A stretch of DNA of 64,000 bases, from the NCBI GenBank assembly GCA_050633305.1, contig JBOEGF010000018.1, positions 832,001-896,000 on the forward strand. Direction: 5' to 3'. Shown here piece after piece: positions 17,500 through 27,278 of this stretch. The position numbers were made by a program, and so were the translations under genes. The DNA is from Nannocystales bacterium (GTDB taxonomy: Bacteria > Myxococcota_A > Polyangia > Nannocystales > Nannocystaceae). The notes beneath the pieces are model-generated. The model ran no database searches. It was not told the DNA's origin and was given only the letters and a program-made list of their open reading frames with translations. Numbering within the stretch: the first letter of the stretch is position 1; each line of letters starts with the position of its first letter.

Positions 17500-20400
17500 C
17501 TAGATGCCCGTGGAAAGCTCGGATTCGACGAGCGCCGAGAGCTGCTCTGCGGTCTGAGCCCCGGTCACCCGGCGACCGTTGATGAAGAACGTGGGCGTCG
17601 CCGTGGCGTCGTGGTCGGTGCACAACTTCTGCTGGGCTGCGACGGCCTCGGCGGTCTTGGTCGCCGCGTAGTCTTCCTCGAACTGCTTGACGTCCAGTCC
17701 CAGTCGAGCCGCGTATCGTTTGTAGTCCTCGTCCGAGCGCGCCTTGCTCCGCTGGTCCTTGTAGAGCTCGTCGTGCATTTCCCAGAATTTGCCCTGCGCG
17801 TGGGCTGCTTGGGCAGCCCGTGCGGCCGGCTCGGCGCCGGGGTGGTAGTCGAGCGGGTTGTGGGCGAAGAAGAATGCGACCGCCGGGTAGGATTCGAGCG
17901 TCTCGTCGAGAGCCTTGCGGGACCGGGCGCAGAAGGGGCAGTCGAAGTCGCCGCACTCGATGATCTCGATCTGCGCGAAGGTGGTCGCGCCTTTGCTCGG
18001 TAGGCCTTCGGTACTGACTACGTACCGCTTGCTGTCGCCCGCGGGAGCCTCGATCGCACGCTGCGGCAGGACGACCTCGGGCGCGAAGTGGGACTGCATG
18101 TCCTCGTAGATTCGCTTGCGGGTGTTGCCTCGTCGTTCTGCGAACTTCTTCGCCCGTGCGAGTTCTTCGGAGATCACGGTCTCGAACGCGGACGCACTTT
18201 GTCGGCCTCCGAGGTATCGACCATTGATGAAGAAGGCCGGCGTGCCTCGGACCCCGAACTTGGCCGCTGCGTCGACATCCCGTTGCAGGCGGCGGTCGAT
18301 ATCGGCGCTGCCAAGATCGGTCTTGTAGCGGGTCATCTCGAGCCCGGCCTGCTTCGCAGCGGCCTCGATGGTATCGGCGCTGAGTCGGTTGCCACGCTCG
18401 AACAGCGCATCGTGCATCTCCCAGAACTTGTCCTGCTCACCCGCCGCAAGAGACGCCTGCGCGGCCGCTCGTGCCGAGGGGTGGATGTTCTCCAGCGGAA
18501 GGTTGCGGAACACCAGGCGCACGTCCTTGCCATGCTCGGCGAGCAGTTCGTCGAGCGTCCCGGTGACCGACCGGCAGTGCTCGCACTCGAAATCACCAAA
18601 CATCACGATCGTGACCAACGCGTCGCTCGGGCCCCGCGTATGGGCGTCGTTGCCCACGGACACGGCGTAGTTGACATCGGGCTGCGGGCTGTCGCTGTCG
18701 GGATCGTCGACGCGGTGCGGCCAGATGTCGTCGACGTAGGGGACGACCTTGGGCTCGGGTTGCGCGAGTTCCGTGGGGTCGCCGTGTGGTTCGACGGGGT
18801 CCGTGCCCGTGGCGCTTTCGCGGGCGGGGTGCTTGGCATCGCAGGCCGCCAGCCCTTGGATCGACTCCGATTCGAGGTAGCACTCGAGCCGCGCAGTCGT
18901 CATCGAGGGCTTGTCGCATTGCTCTTGAACGCTTCGCTCGATCTCCCACGCGGCCTCGAGCGGTGCACCAGACTCCTCCAGAGAGTTCCGGCTGAGCTGG
19001 AGCACGTGTTTGGAGAGCGCAGCGCACCGCGAGGCTCGGGTTGCTCGCGCGAACTCTTCGCCCATCGCCTCGCCTGCAAGCTTGGTCGCGGTCTCGAGGA
19101 CTCCGCGCAGACCCAAGCCATCGGCGGTGTGTGCGGTGCTGCGGACGACGATGGTGCGGCCCTTTCGGTCGCTGCGAACGGTCGCGGTTTCGAACGCGTC
19201 GATGAGCGGGGCGAGGGTCTCGAACTCCTCTTGGTCGCGAGGCCGGAGCAGGGGCTTGGCGGCCGCGGCCAGCCCAGCGAGGTCGGCGAAGGCTCCGAGG
19301 TTGGCGCCCTTGCTCAGGGCGGCGGCGATTGAAGGATGGCGGGGCTCGTCCAAGAACGCCGACTTGGGAGTCTCGATGACCATCGCGGCATCCACGGGCC
19401 CGACGAGGACCCAGAGCATGTCTTCATGGACAAAGGACTGAAGATCGGGCCGTCCATAGTCGGGGTTTCCGGCGACCGTGTAAACTTGAACCCCGGCGAC
19501 GTCGCGCGGTGTGACCTCGCGGTCCTTGACCTTCGTGACGGCCCGGTCGTAGAGGCGTTCAAGGGTTTTCTTGGCCTTCTCGCCGTCTTTCACGCCGACC
19601 CAGCTGACCGCTTTGAGCTCGTGGCCTTGGCCACGCTCGGAGGGAATGCCTAGAAGTGCGCCACCGAAGGCTCCGGATAGGTTCTGCGTCACGTCGGTTC
19701 GCAAGTCGATACCCAGCTCGTCGGAAACGTCTTTCTCCACCGCGGAGACGCTCTCCCCCAGGGCACTGATCACACCGCCCACAGCGCGGTCGAGGGAGTC
19801 CCCGTTGAGCTGCACGTCGTACGCCGCGAGGACGGGGCCTTGCAGCCGCGCGAGCGCTTTCCCATCCCGTTTGGCGTCGCCCAACACATCCAGGTGCCGG
19901 CTGCCCTCTCGAACCACGACCTCGTGGGTGAGATGGATGGCGTCGGTCTCGTGGCTGAGGACCATCGCGATACCGTCGAGGTCCGCGAGTGCGAGACGGG
20001 CCGCGAGCGCGGCGGCACCGGCGGGCAACGCATTACGCAGCGCGCTTCCGTCGACGTAGCCAAGCCCGACGATGTCGCCCGGCGGCGCGACCAATGCACC
20101 ATAGGCTTCGGTCTCAGCGAGCGAGTCCTTGTGCAGGAGCGAGCCTATTTCGCTCGCGTGGTCCTCAACTTCGTCGTTCCAGCCCGGCCGCGGCGCGAAC
20201 AAGACCGTTGCGCGCGCTTCGTGGTGGATGACCGCGATGCCACGTTCTTCGTGCCACAGTCCGTCGGCTTCGCCGAAGGTTCGCTCCGACCAGGAGGCTT
20301 CGTCTTCGGTGGTGGCCAGCAGCAGGGCGGCCCGCTTCGCGACCGCGGACTTGAGTGCCGCGCGATCGGTGACGCCGAACGAGACGGCGAAGGTGGGCGC

Positions 20401-21729
20401 TTTGGCGTCGAGCACCGCGAACCCGACCGCGGCTTCGGTGTTGATCCCCTGTTTGGACCACTGTTCGTCGTCGTACGGGTCGAAGCCCAGCGCGTCGACG
20501 CGGAGCTCCTCCCACTGCGCGTCGAGGTCTTCGTTGGCCACCAGCGCTACGGTTTCTTGGACCGACTGCAGCGCGATGAACCCGATCGTGGTCGAGGGGA
20601 GCCCTTCTGCGACATCGTCACTGAAGCCAAGCCCGCGTCCGGCGACGAGCGTGTACAGGAGGTAGCCAAGGCCTGCGAGTGCGGTCACCCCGAGTGCGGA
20701 GAAACCGGCGATCGACAACAGCCGTCCCCAACGCCGCGGTGGCCGTTCCGAGCGCGGGGCGGGGTCTCGGTCTTTGTTGTTCGAGGCTCCGCCCGGCTTG
20801 ATCACCGCGTTGGCGACCGGTGCACGGTAGACCGGCTTCTTGTCGAGGGCGGCCGGGGGTTCCGGCGTGGGTTCTGCCGTGGCGGGTTCGGGCGTGGGCG
20901 GAGGTTCGGGCGCGGGGGCGGGCGCCGGGGCGCGGGTCTCGACGTCGGAGGCCGCCTCGGGGATCGTGGCGGTGACATCGGTGGTGCCGACGGGCAGGGT
21001 CCGCGACGACGGGGTGGCCGACGTCGTTCCTGCGGGCCCGGGAACGGTCGATGATGACGGCGGGGCGTGTCTGACGGCGGGTGGTCCCTCAGGGGGCGGT
21101 GGGGCGCCGACCTGAGTCTGACCTCCGGACAGAGTTGGGGGGGACGACGAGTCTCCGGGTGCCGTCGGCGAAGAGGACGGAGCGTGCGGGCCGGACAACG
21201 TCGTGGATGCTGGCTTGACCCTCGGAGCGACGTGGGTCGTCTCGGCGACGGGCGCGGGCTCTCCGAGCGAGACCGGAGAGGGCGGGGACCACCCCGGCGG
21301 GGGCTCAACCGAACTCGCGTTGGGGTGGGGAGTCCCGAGCAGAGTGTCGTGGCCGGTCTTGTGGGTCTGGACCTTCGTGCGACCGACCGCTGTCTGCCCC
21401 GGCTTGAGTTCGTCGTGTGCTCCTTCGATCGAGATCAACCGCAGTTGCGTGTTGCCGCAGTAGAAACTCTGGCCCTCGTACAGCGCGAACTGGGGGAGGC
21501 GTTTCCCATCGCGCCAGGTCCCGTTGCTGCTCCCGAGGTCGCGGACGATGACGTGGCCTGCGGTGGTGTCGATCTCCGCGTGAAGGGCGGAGGCTTCGGT
21601 GTCGCCCAGGACGACGTCGCCCGACTCGCGTCCGACCAGGTTCTTCGGCTTCCTCAGCGCGACGCGGTACGACGGGCGATCCGGCGCCGAGACTTCGAAG
21701 GTGAGTTGGAGGGTCGGAGTCTGCTCCAC
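17500..21729 (-). CDS. FHA domain - Pro-rich linker - TM - periplasmic domain - tandem DsbA/thioredoxin-like fusion protein
   Basis: Likely GTG start at 21729. FHA motifs VGR, ASALHAEI, DLGSSNGT; TM near 20640-20725; DFECEHC..FRNLPL..GTPAFFING and DFDCPFC..NPL..ATPTFFING. Confidence 0.85.
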   Translation of the reverse strand: MEQTPTLQLTFEVSAPDRPSYRVALRKPKNLVGRESGDVVLGDTEASALHAEIDTTAGHVIVRDLGSSNGTWRDGKRLPQFALYEGQSFYCGNTQLRLISIEGAHDELKPGQTAVGRTKVQTHKTGHDTLLGTPHPNASSVEPPPGWSPPSPVSLGEPAPVAETTHVAPRVKPASTTLSGPHAPSSSPTAPGDSSSPPTLSGGQTQVGAPPPPEGPPAVRHAPPSSSTVPGPAGTTSATPSSRTLPVGTTDVTATIPEAASDVETRAPAPAPAPEPPPTPEPATAEPTPEPPAALDKKPVYRAPVANAVIKPGGASNNKDRDPAPRSERPPRRWGRLLSIAGFSALGVTALAGLGYLLYTLVAGRGLGFSDDVAEGLPSTTIGFIALQSVQETVALVANEDLDAQWEELRVDALGFDPYDDEQWSKQGINTEAAVGFAVLDAKAPTFAVSFGVTDRAALKSAVAKRAALLLATTEDEASWSERTFGEADGLWHEERGIAVIHHEARATVLFAPRPGWNDEVEDHASEIGSLLHKDSLAETEAYGALVAPPGDIVGLGYVDGSALRNALPAGAAALAARLALADLDGIAMVLSHETDAIHLTHEVVVREGSRHLDVLGDAKRDGKALARLQGPVLAAYDVQLNGDSLDRAVGGVISALGESVSAVEKDVSDELGIDLRTDVTQNLSGAFGGALLGIPSERGQGHELKAVSWVGVKDGEKAKKTLERLYDRAVTKVKDREVTPRDVAGVQVYTVAGNPDYGRPDLQSFVHEDMLWVLVGPVDAAMVIETPKSAFLDEPRHPSIAAALSKGANLGAFADLAGLAAAAKPLLRPRDQEEFETLAPLIDAFETATVRSDRKGRTIVVRSTAHTADGLGLRGVLETATKLAGEAMGEEFARATRASRCAALSKHVLQLSRNSLEESGAPLEAAWEIERSVQEQCDKPSMTTARLECYLESESIQGLAACDAKHPARESATGTDPVEPHGDPTELAQPEPKVVPYVDDIWPHRVDDPDSDSPQPDVNYAVSVGNDAHTRGPSDALVTIVMFGDFECEHCRSVTGTLDELLAEHGKDVRLVFRNLPLENIHPSARAAAQASLAAGEQDKFWEMHDALFERGNRLSADTIEAAAKQAGLEMTRYKTDLGSADIDRRLQRDVDAAAKFGVRGTPAFFINGRYLGGRQSASAFETVISEELARAKKFAERRGNTRKRIYEDMQSHFAPEVVLPQRAIEAPAGDSKRYVVSTEGLPSKGATTFAQIEIIECGDFDCPFCARSRKALDETLESYPAVAFFFAHNPLDYHPGAEPAARAAQAAHAQGKFWEMHDELYKDQRSKARSDEDYKRYAARLGLDVKQFEEDYAATKTAEAVAAQQKLCTDHDATATPTFFINGRRVTGAQTAEQLSALVESELSTGI

Positions 21730-21928
21730 GTTGAGTTCCCTTCGGCCACGGGCGCCCCGATATGGCCGGATTTGGGTGCTTTGAGTATCGCCAGCGCCGC
21801 GGTTGTACGCAACCGGGGTCGTGGGACCCTTACGCGCGGCACTCGGTTCTCGGTCTGGTCCCCGAGGCGTCAACCCATGCAACGGCCCGCACGCCGCCGG
21901 CATTCCCGTGTGCGCCCGATGCCTCTGG

Positions 21929-21934
21929 TAGGTT
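21929..21934 (+). promoter_or_regulatory. putative -10 hexamer TAGGTT (leaderless-type)
   Basis: 8 nt upstream of ATG 21943; no SD. Confidence 0.45.
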
Positions 21935-21942
21935 CTCGCGCG

Positions 21943-24369
21943 ATGCTCCCGTTGCCCATCGACGCGCTGCAGGAGCGGTTTGCTTCCTCCTGTCGAGCTG
22001 GAGCCCGGCTTGTGGTCTCGGCCCCGACCGGGTCTGGAAAGTCGACGCGACTGCCGTGGTGGATGGCGGACGCGTTGGGCGGGCCCGTCCTCGTGGTCGA
22101 GCCGCGCCGGGTGGCTGCGCGCGCGCTCGCAACGTATGGAGCCAAGATTCGCGGGGAGCAGGTGGGCGAGCGGGTGGGATACCGCGTTCGGTTCGACGCT
22201 GCGGAGTCGCAGGGCACCGAGATCTTGTTCGTCACCCCCGGCATGGCGCTGGCGTTGCTGGGCAACGACGGCTCGCGGAAGTTCGCAGGCGTGCTCGTCG
22301 ACGAGTTTCACGAACGCGGTTGGGAGACGGACCTCGTGACTGCCCTCGTACAGCACGGCCGCTTGGGTCCCGATGCCGCGCTCGTCGTGTGCTCGGCAAC
22401 GTTGGAAAGGGAGGCGTTGGGCAAGGCACTGGAGGCCGAGGTTCTCAACGGGGAAGGCCGTGCATTCGAGGTCACGGTCCGGTTCGCGGGGAACTCCGGA
22501 CCCAGCCTGGACGCGCTACCCGAGCGCGTCCGCTCCGTGGTGGACGACGCGCTCGCTGGCGGGTCCGGCGACGTGCTCGTGTTCCTCCCCGGCAAGCGAG
22601 AAATTCGCGCCTGTCTGGATGCGCTTGGCCACCTGCGGGACGTGGATGCGCTTCCGTTGCACGGGGGGATTTCGTCGCGTGAGATGCAGGCTGCGCTCGA
22701 GCCCGCGAAACGACGCCGTGTGTTCTTGTCGACCAACGTCGCCGAGACTTCCCTGACCATTCCCTCGGTCACGACTGTCGTCGACAGCGGGCTCGAACGT
22801 CGTCATGTGCATCGCCAGGGCAAGGTTGTGCTGGCGGTTGTCCCCGTCTCGCTCGCATCGGCAGAGCAACGGCGCGGCCGAGCGGGACGGGTGCAGGCTG
22901 GTCAGTGCGTGCGTCTGTGGTCTGAGGCGTTTCTGCTCGATGCGACGACGCCTCCACAGGTCGAACGCATCTCGCTCGATGACGTGTTGCTACGGGTGGG
23001 GATGTGCGGCGTGGATCCGGCGGACGCCGCGTCGCTGCCGTGGGTGACATCTCCGCCCGCGTTTGCCATGGAATCGGCGCTGGAGCGACTCCGGGCCCAC
23101 GGTGCCGTCGCCGCGGACGGTGCTCTGACCGAAGCGGGGCGGGTGCAGGCTCGTCTGCCTGTGTCGTGGGTGGGAGCGCGTTTGCTGACCAACCCTCCGC
23201 CTGGGTACGCCGCAGCGCTGTGTGACCTCGTGGCCTTGATGGAGGTCGGGCGAGAGCTGTTCGAGCCAAACCCCACACAGGCCCAGAGCGAAGCACGACT
23301 GCCGCTGTTGAAGAAGGCGACTGACGAGGTCGATGTGGCGATGCGCGTGCTTCGTTCGGCCGATCCAAGGCGGCACGGGATTCGGGCCCGAACGCTCTCG
23401 GAGTGTCGTCGCCTCTCACAGTCTCTGCGCCGGGTCGTGGATGCCAAGGATGCTCCTGCACCACCTCATGCCGAGCTCACGAAGTGGGTCGCCGCGGCCG
23501 TGCCCGAACTCGTCTTCGTTCGCCGAAAGCGTGCAGACCGGCCCAAAAAGGGGGATTCGCCGGGCCGCGGCGGAGAGCCGTGGGGCAATGGGGAGCTGGA
23601 GCTTTTCCTGGTTCCGTACCAGGTGCCCGAGCTCGAGCAGAGCCCCAAGCCGCCGCAGGCCGGCGTGGTCCTGGAACGCGAGTGGATCGGCAGCGGGCAG
23701 CGGACCCGTGGTGTCGGTCGCTTGCTCATGGGACTCCCGTTGGCCGAGCTCGCCCCGTTGGGGCTAGGGGATGCGCAGGTCGGCGCGGTCAAGGTTTCGC
23801 GTGGCAAGGTCGTCGCCGAGGTCGAACGAACGCTGGCAGGAGTCACGATCTCGAGTGAGACCGAAGTACTCCGCGGTGAAGGGCTGCGGGACGGACTCGT
23901 GCAGCTGGTGTTGCGAGGGTCGCGGCTGAAGGGGCTGGCACGGTTGCTGCTCGACGCCGTGCATGCCTGGGGAGTGCTCGAGCAGGCCGCAAAGCGAGAA
24001 CGCTTGAACATGCCGCCGGCGCCACAGAGTGCGGCGACATTCCTCCGCGAGAAGTTTGCAACGCTAGGGGTCGAGGGGCTGGCAGACCTCGAGCTCCTCG
24101 AGCACGAGGACATCCTGCCGCGGCTGACCGAAATGGCCGTCGAAGCGGGGTTCGACCCGCGAGAAGCGGTTTCGCTTCAACAGGACTTCCCGCGACGGCT
24201 CGAGGTTCACGGTGGGAAATACGTGAGCACCGTGGACCTCTCGACTCGGACGGTCGAACTGGAGCCGATCGAGCGCACAAAGAAGGAACCGGCAGCAGCT
24301 GTACTTCCACGATTCCGGGGGTTCTCGGTGGTGTTCGTGAAGGCGAGTCGGCGACTGAAACTCCGCTGA
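21943..24369 (+). CDS. DEAH-box ATP-dependent RNA helicase, HrpB-like
   Basis: Start MLPLPID; APTGSGKST, EPRRVAA, DEFHER, SAT, FLPG, STNVAETSLTI, QRRGRAGR. C-terminal half is divergent. Confidence 0.88.
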   Translation: MLPLPIDALQERFASSCRAGARLVVSAPTGSGKSTRLPWWMADALGGPVLVVEPRRVAARALATYGAKIRGEQVGERVGYRVRFDAAESQGTEILFVTPGMALALLGNDGSRKFAGVLVDEFHERGWETDLVTALVQHGRLGPDAALVVCSATLEREALGKALEAEVLNGEGRAFEVTVRFAGNSGPSLDALPERVRSVVDDALAGGSGDVLVFLPGKREIRACLDALGHLRDVDALPLHGGISSREMQAALEPAKRRRVFLSTNVAETSLTIPSVTTVVDSGLERRHVHRQGKVVLAVVPVSLASAEQRRGRAGRVQAGQCVRLWSEAFLLDATTPPQVERISLDDVLLRVGMCGVDPADAASLPWVTSPPAFAMESALERLRAHGAVAADGALTEAGRVQARLPVSWVGARLLTNPPPGYAAALCDLVALMEVGRELFEPNPTQAQSEARLPLLKKATDEVDVAMRVLRSADPRRHGIRARTLSECRRLSQSLRRVVDAKDAPAPPHAELTKWVAAAVPELVFVRRKRADRPKKGDSPGRGGEPWGNGELELFLVPYQVPELEQSPKPPQAGVVLEREWIGSGQRTRGVGRLLMGLPLAELAPLGLGDAQVGAVKVSRGKVVAEVERTLAGVTISSETEVLRGEGLRDGLVQLVLRGSRLKGLARLLLDAVHAWGVLEQAAKRERLNMPPAPQSAATFLREKFATLGVEGLADLELLEHEDILPRLTEMAVEAGFDPREAVSLQQDFPRRLEVHGGKYVSTVDLSTRTVELEPIERTKKEPAAAVLPRFRGFSVVFVKASRRLKLR

Positions 24370-24405
24370 TTTTTGGAGGCCGAGCTCGCGACGCGCTGAG
24401 ATCGC

Positions 24406-25665
24406 CTACGCTGCGTCGTCCTTCGCTGCGAGCGCTTCCTCTGCGGCCAACCGTTCCTTGGGATGACTGATCTCGCCTGCAATCGTGCCGCCACATCTGG
24501 GACATACGGTGTCGTCGTCCGAGAAGACGGTGCCGCACTTTGGCTCGGAGCAGCGTGTGTCCGGCAGAAAACGTCCCACGACCAGGCCTAGCAAGCCCAA
24601 ACCAGCGGCTGCGATCCCGATGACGCCCATGTCGAGCTCGACGCCCGTGTTCATGCGACCGGCGAGCATGCCGAGCATCGCGACCGGAAGCGCGAGCATC
24701 TTCGCGAGCCGAAGCGCCTTGCTGCGCCGCACCCGAAACACCGGCTTGCCTTCGTTCATCCCGGCCACGCCCGTGTCTTCGGGAGGCGGTGGTGCATCGG
24801 GTACGGCTTCCTCGCGCTTGGCGAACACGCCCGAGGCGAACGGAGCGGTGAGGTCGGCGAGGTCGGGGGCCTCGCCCCACGTCTCCTTGGGTGGAATGCC
24901 GAGGCGCTCGATGAGGTCGCCGGGGGCTTGCGAGAACAGCCGCAGCGTCTCGTCCAAGAATCCCTTCTGGTTCGACGGCAGCGCTTTTCGAATCCGACGT
25001 CGCTCCTTGACCGAGGTTTCGCGGGCATACAGCTGTATGCCCAGCGCAAAGGAGAGCGCCTTGGGCCCCAGGACGCCCAGCTGCGACTTGGTGCGCTGCA
25101 GCCGGAACGTGTCGGTTCGAGTCGCGCCGTGTTTGACGGCAGCCTCGGTGGTGAGCACGCCAAAGCCGAGGTAGATCGCGGTCACGTCGACGAGTCGTTG
25201 CTCGAGCACCGCGTTGCCTTGGGTGAGCCCGTGCCAGCGGCGCCAACCCTCCGTGGCAGCTCGCGCGGCGGAGGACACCGCGAGCTCCGGGTCCCGAAGC
25301 GTTGAAGCGCGTGCAGCGTAGTGCAGGGTGTTCCCCTGCCGCCGCACGAACCACAACGGAGCCCCAATCCCCGCGGGGGCAACCTGTCCACCGACGTCGT
25401 CGTCGGGGTGAACCTGGACCTCGATCTCCGCTTCCTCGAGGTCGGCGTACACGAGCATGCGGGTGATCAGCCGCTCCATCGATGGGCCGCCGCCGTTCCA
25501 GGGGTCGGGGAAGAAGGTCTCGTTGGCCTCGACCAACGGAGCGAGCAGGAAGTGCTCGTGCCCGCGGGCGCGCACCAACGCCGCGAGCTGATCGATCAGC
25601 CAGCGCTGGTCATCCTCTTCGGGGATCAGGAACTTCTCGACGTCCCATGGCTCTTCTTCGGCCAT
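24406..25665 (-). CDS. hypothetical membrane protein with a C-terminal zinc ribbon
   Basis: Two TMs near the C-terminus followed by CSEPKC...CPRCGG; N-terminal region looks zincin-like but has no HExxH. Confidence 0.7.
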   Translation of the reverse strand: MAEEEPWDVEKFLIPEEDDQRWLIDQLAALVRARGHEHFLLAPLVEANETFFPDPWNGGGPSMERLITRMLVYADLEEAEIEVQVHPDDDVGGQVAPAGIGAPLWFVRRQGNTLHYAARASTLRDPELAVSSAARAATEGWRRWHGLTQGNAVLEQRLVDVTAIYLGFGVLTTEAAVKHGATRTDTFRLQRTKSQLGVLGPKALSFALGIQLYARETSVKERRRIRKALPSNQKGFLDETLRLFSQAPGDLIERLGIPPKETWGEAPDLADLTAPFASGVFAKREEAVPDAPPPPEDTGVAGMNEGKPVFRVRRSKALRLAKMLALPVAMLGMLAGRMNTGVELDMGVIGIAAAGLGLLGLVVGRFLPDTRCSEPKCGTVFSDDDTVCPRCGGTIAGEISHPKERLAAEEALAAKDDAA

Positions 25666-25756
25666 TGCGAGGTCGGTCTATCATGAAGCGCAGCGGGTCT
25701 GACCGACAGGCCGGCCTGGATGCGGTCACACCGCAGACCAGGCATGTGCAGGGCGG

Positions 25757-27244
25757 CTAGAGGGCGCCCGCACAGGCTTCGTCGGCGGGCTGACACGGGA
25801 GTACGACGAAGAGGTATTCGCCGACGAAGGTGTCGCCGCCGTCGCTCCAGGTGTCGACCACGATGTCCCACGTCCCGGCGGGTAACTCCCCTTCGATGCG
25901 CCGGTCACCGCGCGCGAGACAGGTCTCCCCGTCTCCGTCGGCCTCCACAATGTGGATGTCCACGTCGACGTCGGGGCGGTCGAGCACAAGCACTCGCAGT
26001 GCGGTGGGCTGGTCCAGCTCGAGTCGATAGCGCACCTCGGGACCCGACTCATCGGCGTCGTCGCATGGTGGATACGCGTCGATCTCGGCCGTCCCAGCGC
26101 GGCTGGTGTCCCCGGCGTGGGCGAAGGGGAAATCGTCGATGCGCAGCGGGTCTTCGGGCGTGCCATCTCCGGCGAAGAGCGGGGCATCTTCGTCGAGCTG
26201 CGGCGCGTCGTCGACCAGGACAGCCATGGCTCGGTCGAGGCCTTCCAGCGCCACGAGGTTGCGCATGTTGTAGCCCCACATCAGCCCCTCTTCGGTGAGG
26301 CGACAAGCGCCCTCGCCGAAGGCCCGCAGGTGAAGTCCGTCCCCGCTGAGCCCGTGCTCGGGCAGGGGGTCGATCGCTTCGTACAGATCGATGAACGGAA
26401 GCTGACGACTCTGCGCCATCCCGCGGATCATCGCGTTGTAGGACTCGACCCAGAGGTCCGCGGAAGGGCTGTCCCCGCGGCGCGTGATGCCGAACAGCAC
26501 CGGGACGGTCCCGCGGGAGAGTGCGTCGTCGATGAGCTCCATCATCGCGTCGTGGAACGGGACCATCGCGCTGCCGTACGTGGCGCCCAGGTTCATGTCG
26601 TTGGTGCCGTAGTGCAGCAGCCCGATGCGCGGGATGATGGCGTTCCATTCCTGCTCGAACGGAGAAGGCTCGCCCCCGATCACCCACGCCGCGCTTCTTC
26701 CGGATTCCGCGGCGAGGCTGCTGCGGCCAAACGGGCTCGTCCCAGCTGCGTCCCCGCCTCGAAAGTACGCGAGCGCGGGAGCGAGCGCGTCGTGGAGCCC
26801 CAGGTCTGTCGAGTCGTCGCTTTCGAAGCAGAACAAGGTGTTCTGGCTGACCGTGCTCGACGCCCCTGCCTTGAAGAACACGTCCTCGAACGGCTCGATC
26901 GAAGCTTCTGAGTAGGCCCGCCATTGGTCGGCCACGTACGCCGTGACCGGGGAATGCACGCGCCCGGCCGGATACCGAATCGGCTCGTACGGAGCCTGGG
27001 GTTCCGCACCTGTCGACGAGTCGCCGCTGCTTTCGTCGGCCGCTGTTCCCGATGAGAGCCCCGTGGTAGAGCCGTCGTCGGGACCCGTCGTGCCACCCTC
27101 GGCGCTCGAACTCGAGCTGGGTCCGTCGGTGCCGGACGCCGGAAATCCTGTGGTTCCCGCCGGGTCACGTGCGGCGCCGGACTCATCGCCGCATGCGCTG
27201 GCGACCGCGAGGAGGAGCAACAGCGTCCAGCACCCGCGACCCAT
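25757..27244 (-). CDS. SGNH/GDSL hydrolase lipoprotein with a C-terminal PPC-like domain
   Basis: Lipobox ASAC; S/T/G linker; blocks GAS(S), GTND, DGLH; C-terminal GPEVRY..DVDIHI..C..GD..L.AG.W.IVVD. Confidence 0.8.
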   Translation of the reverse strand: MGRGCWTLLLLLAVASACGDESGAARDPAGTTGFPASGTDGPSSSSSAEGGTTGPDDGSTTGLSSGTAADESSGDSSTGAEPQAPYEPIRYPAGRVHSPVTAYVADQWRAYSEASIEPFEDVFFKAGASSTVSQNTLFCFESDDSTDLGLHDALAPALAYFRGGDAAGTSPFGRSSLAAESGRSAAWVIGGEPSPFEQEWNAIIPRIGLLHYGTNDMNLGATYGSAMVPFHDAMMELIDDALSRGTVPVLFGITRRGDSPSADLWVESYNAMIRGMAQSRQLPFIDLYEAIDPLPEHGLSGDGLHLRAFGEGACRLTEEGLMWGYNMRNLVALEGLDRAMAVLVDDAPQLDEDAPLFAGDGTPEDPLRIDDFPFAHAGDTSRAGTAEIDAYPPCDDADESGPEVRYRLELDQPTALRVLVLDRPDVDVDIHIVEADGDGETCLARGDRRIEGELPAGTWDIVVDTWSDGGDTFVGEYLFVVLPCQPADEACAGAL

Positions 27245-27249
27245 GCCGC

Positions 27250-27255
27250 ATCGTA
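27250..27255 (-). promoter_or_regulatory. putative -10 hexamer TACGAT (leaderless-type)
   Basis: 5 nt upstream of ATG 27244; no SD. Confidence 0.5.
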
Positions 27256-27278
27256 TCAGCCGTCGCTCGGCGTTGCGT

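Noticed and set aside
21067..22356. Apparent 1.3-kb head-to-head overlap between the 1618-aa and 1100-aa ORFs
   Set aside because: It disappears once starts are set at 21729 (-) and 21943 (+), leaving a normal divergent gap.
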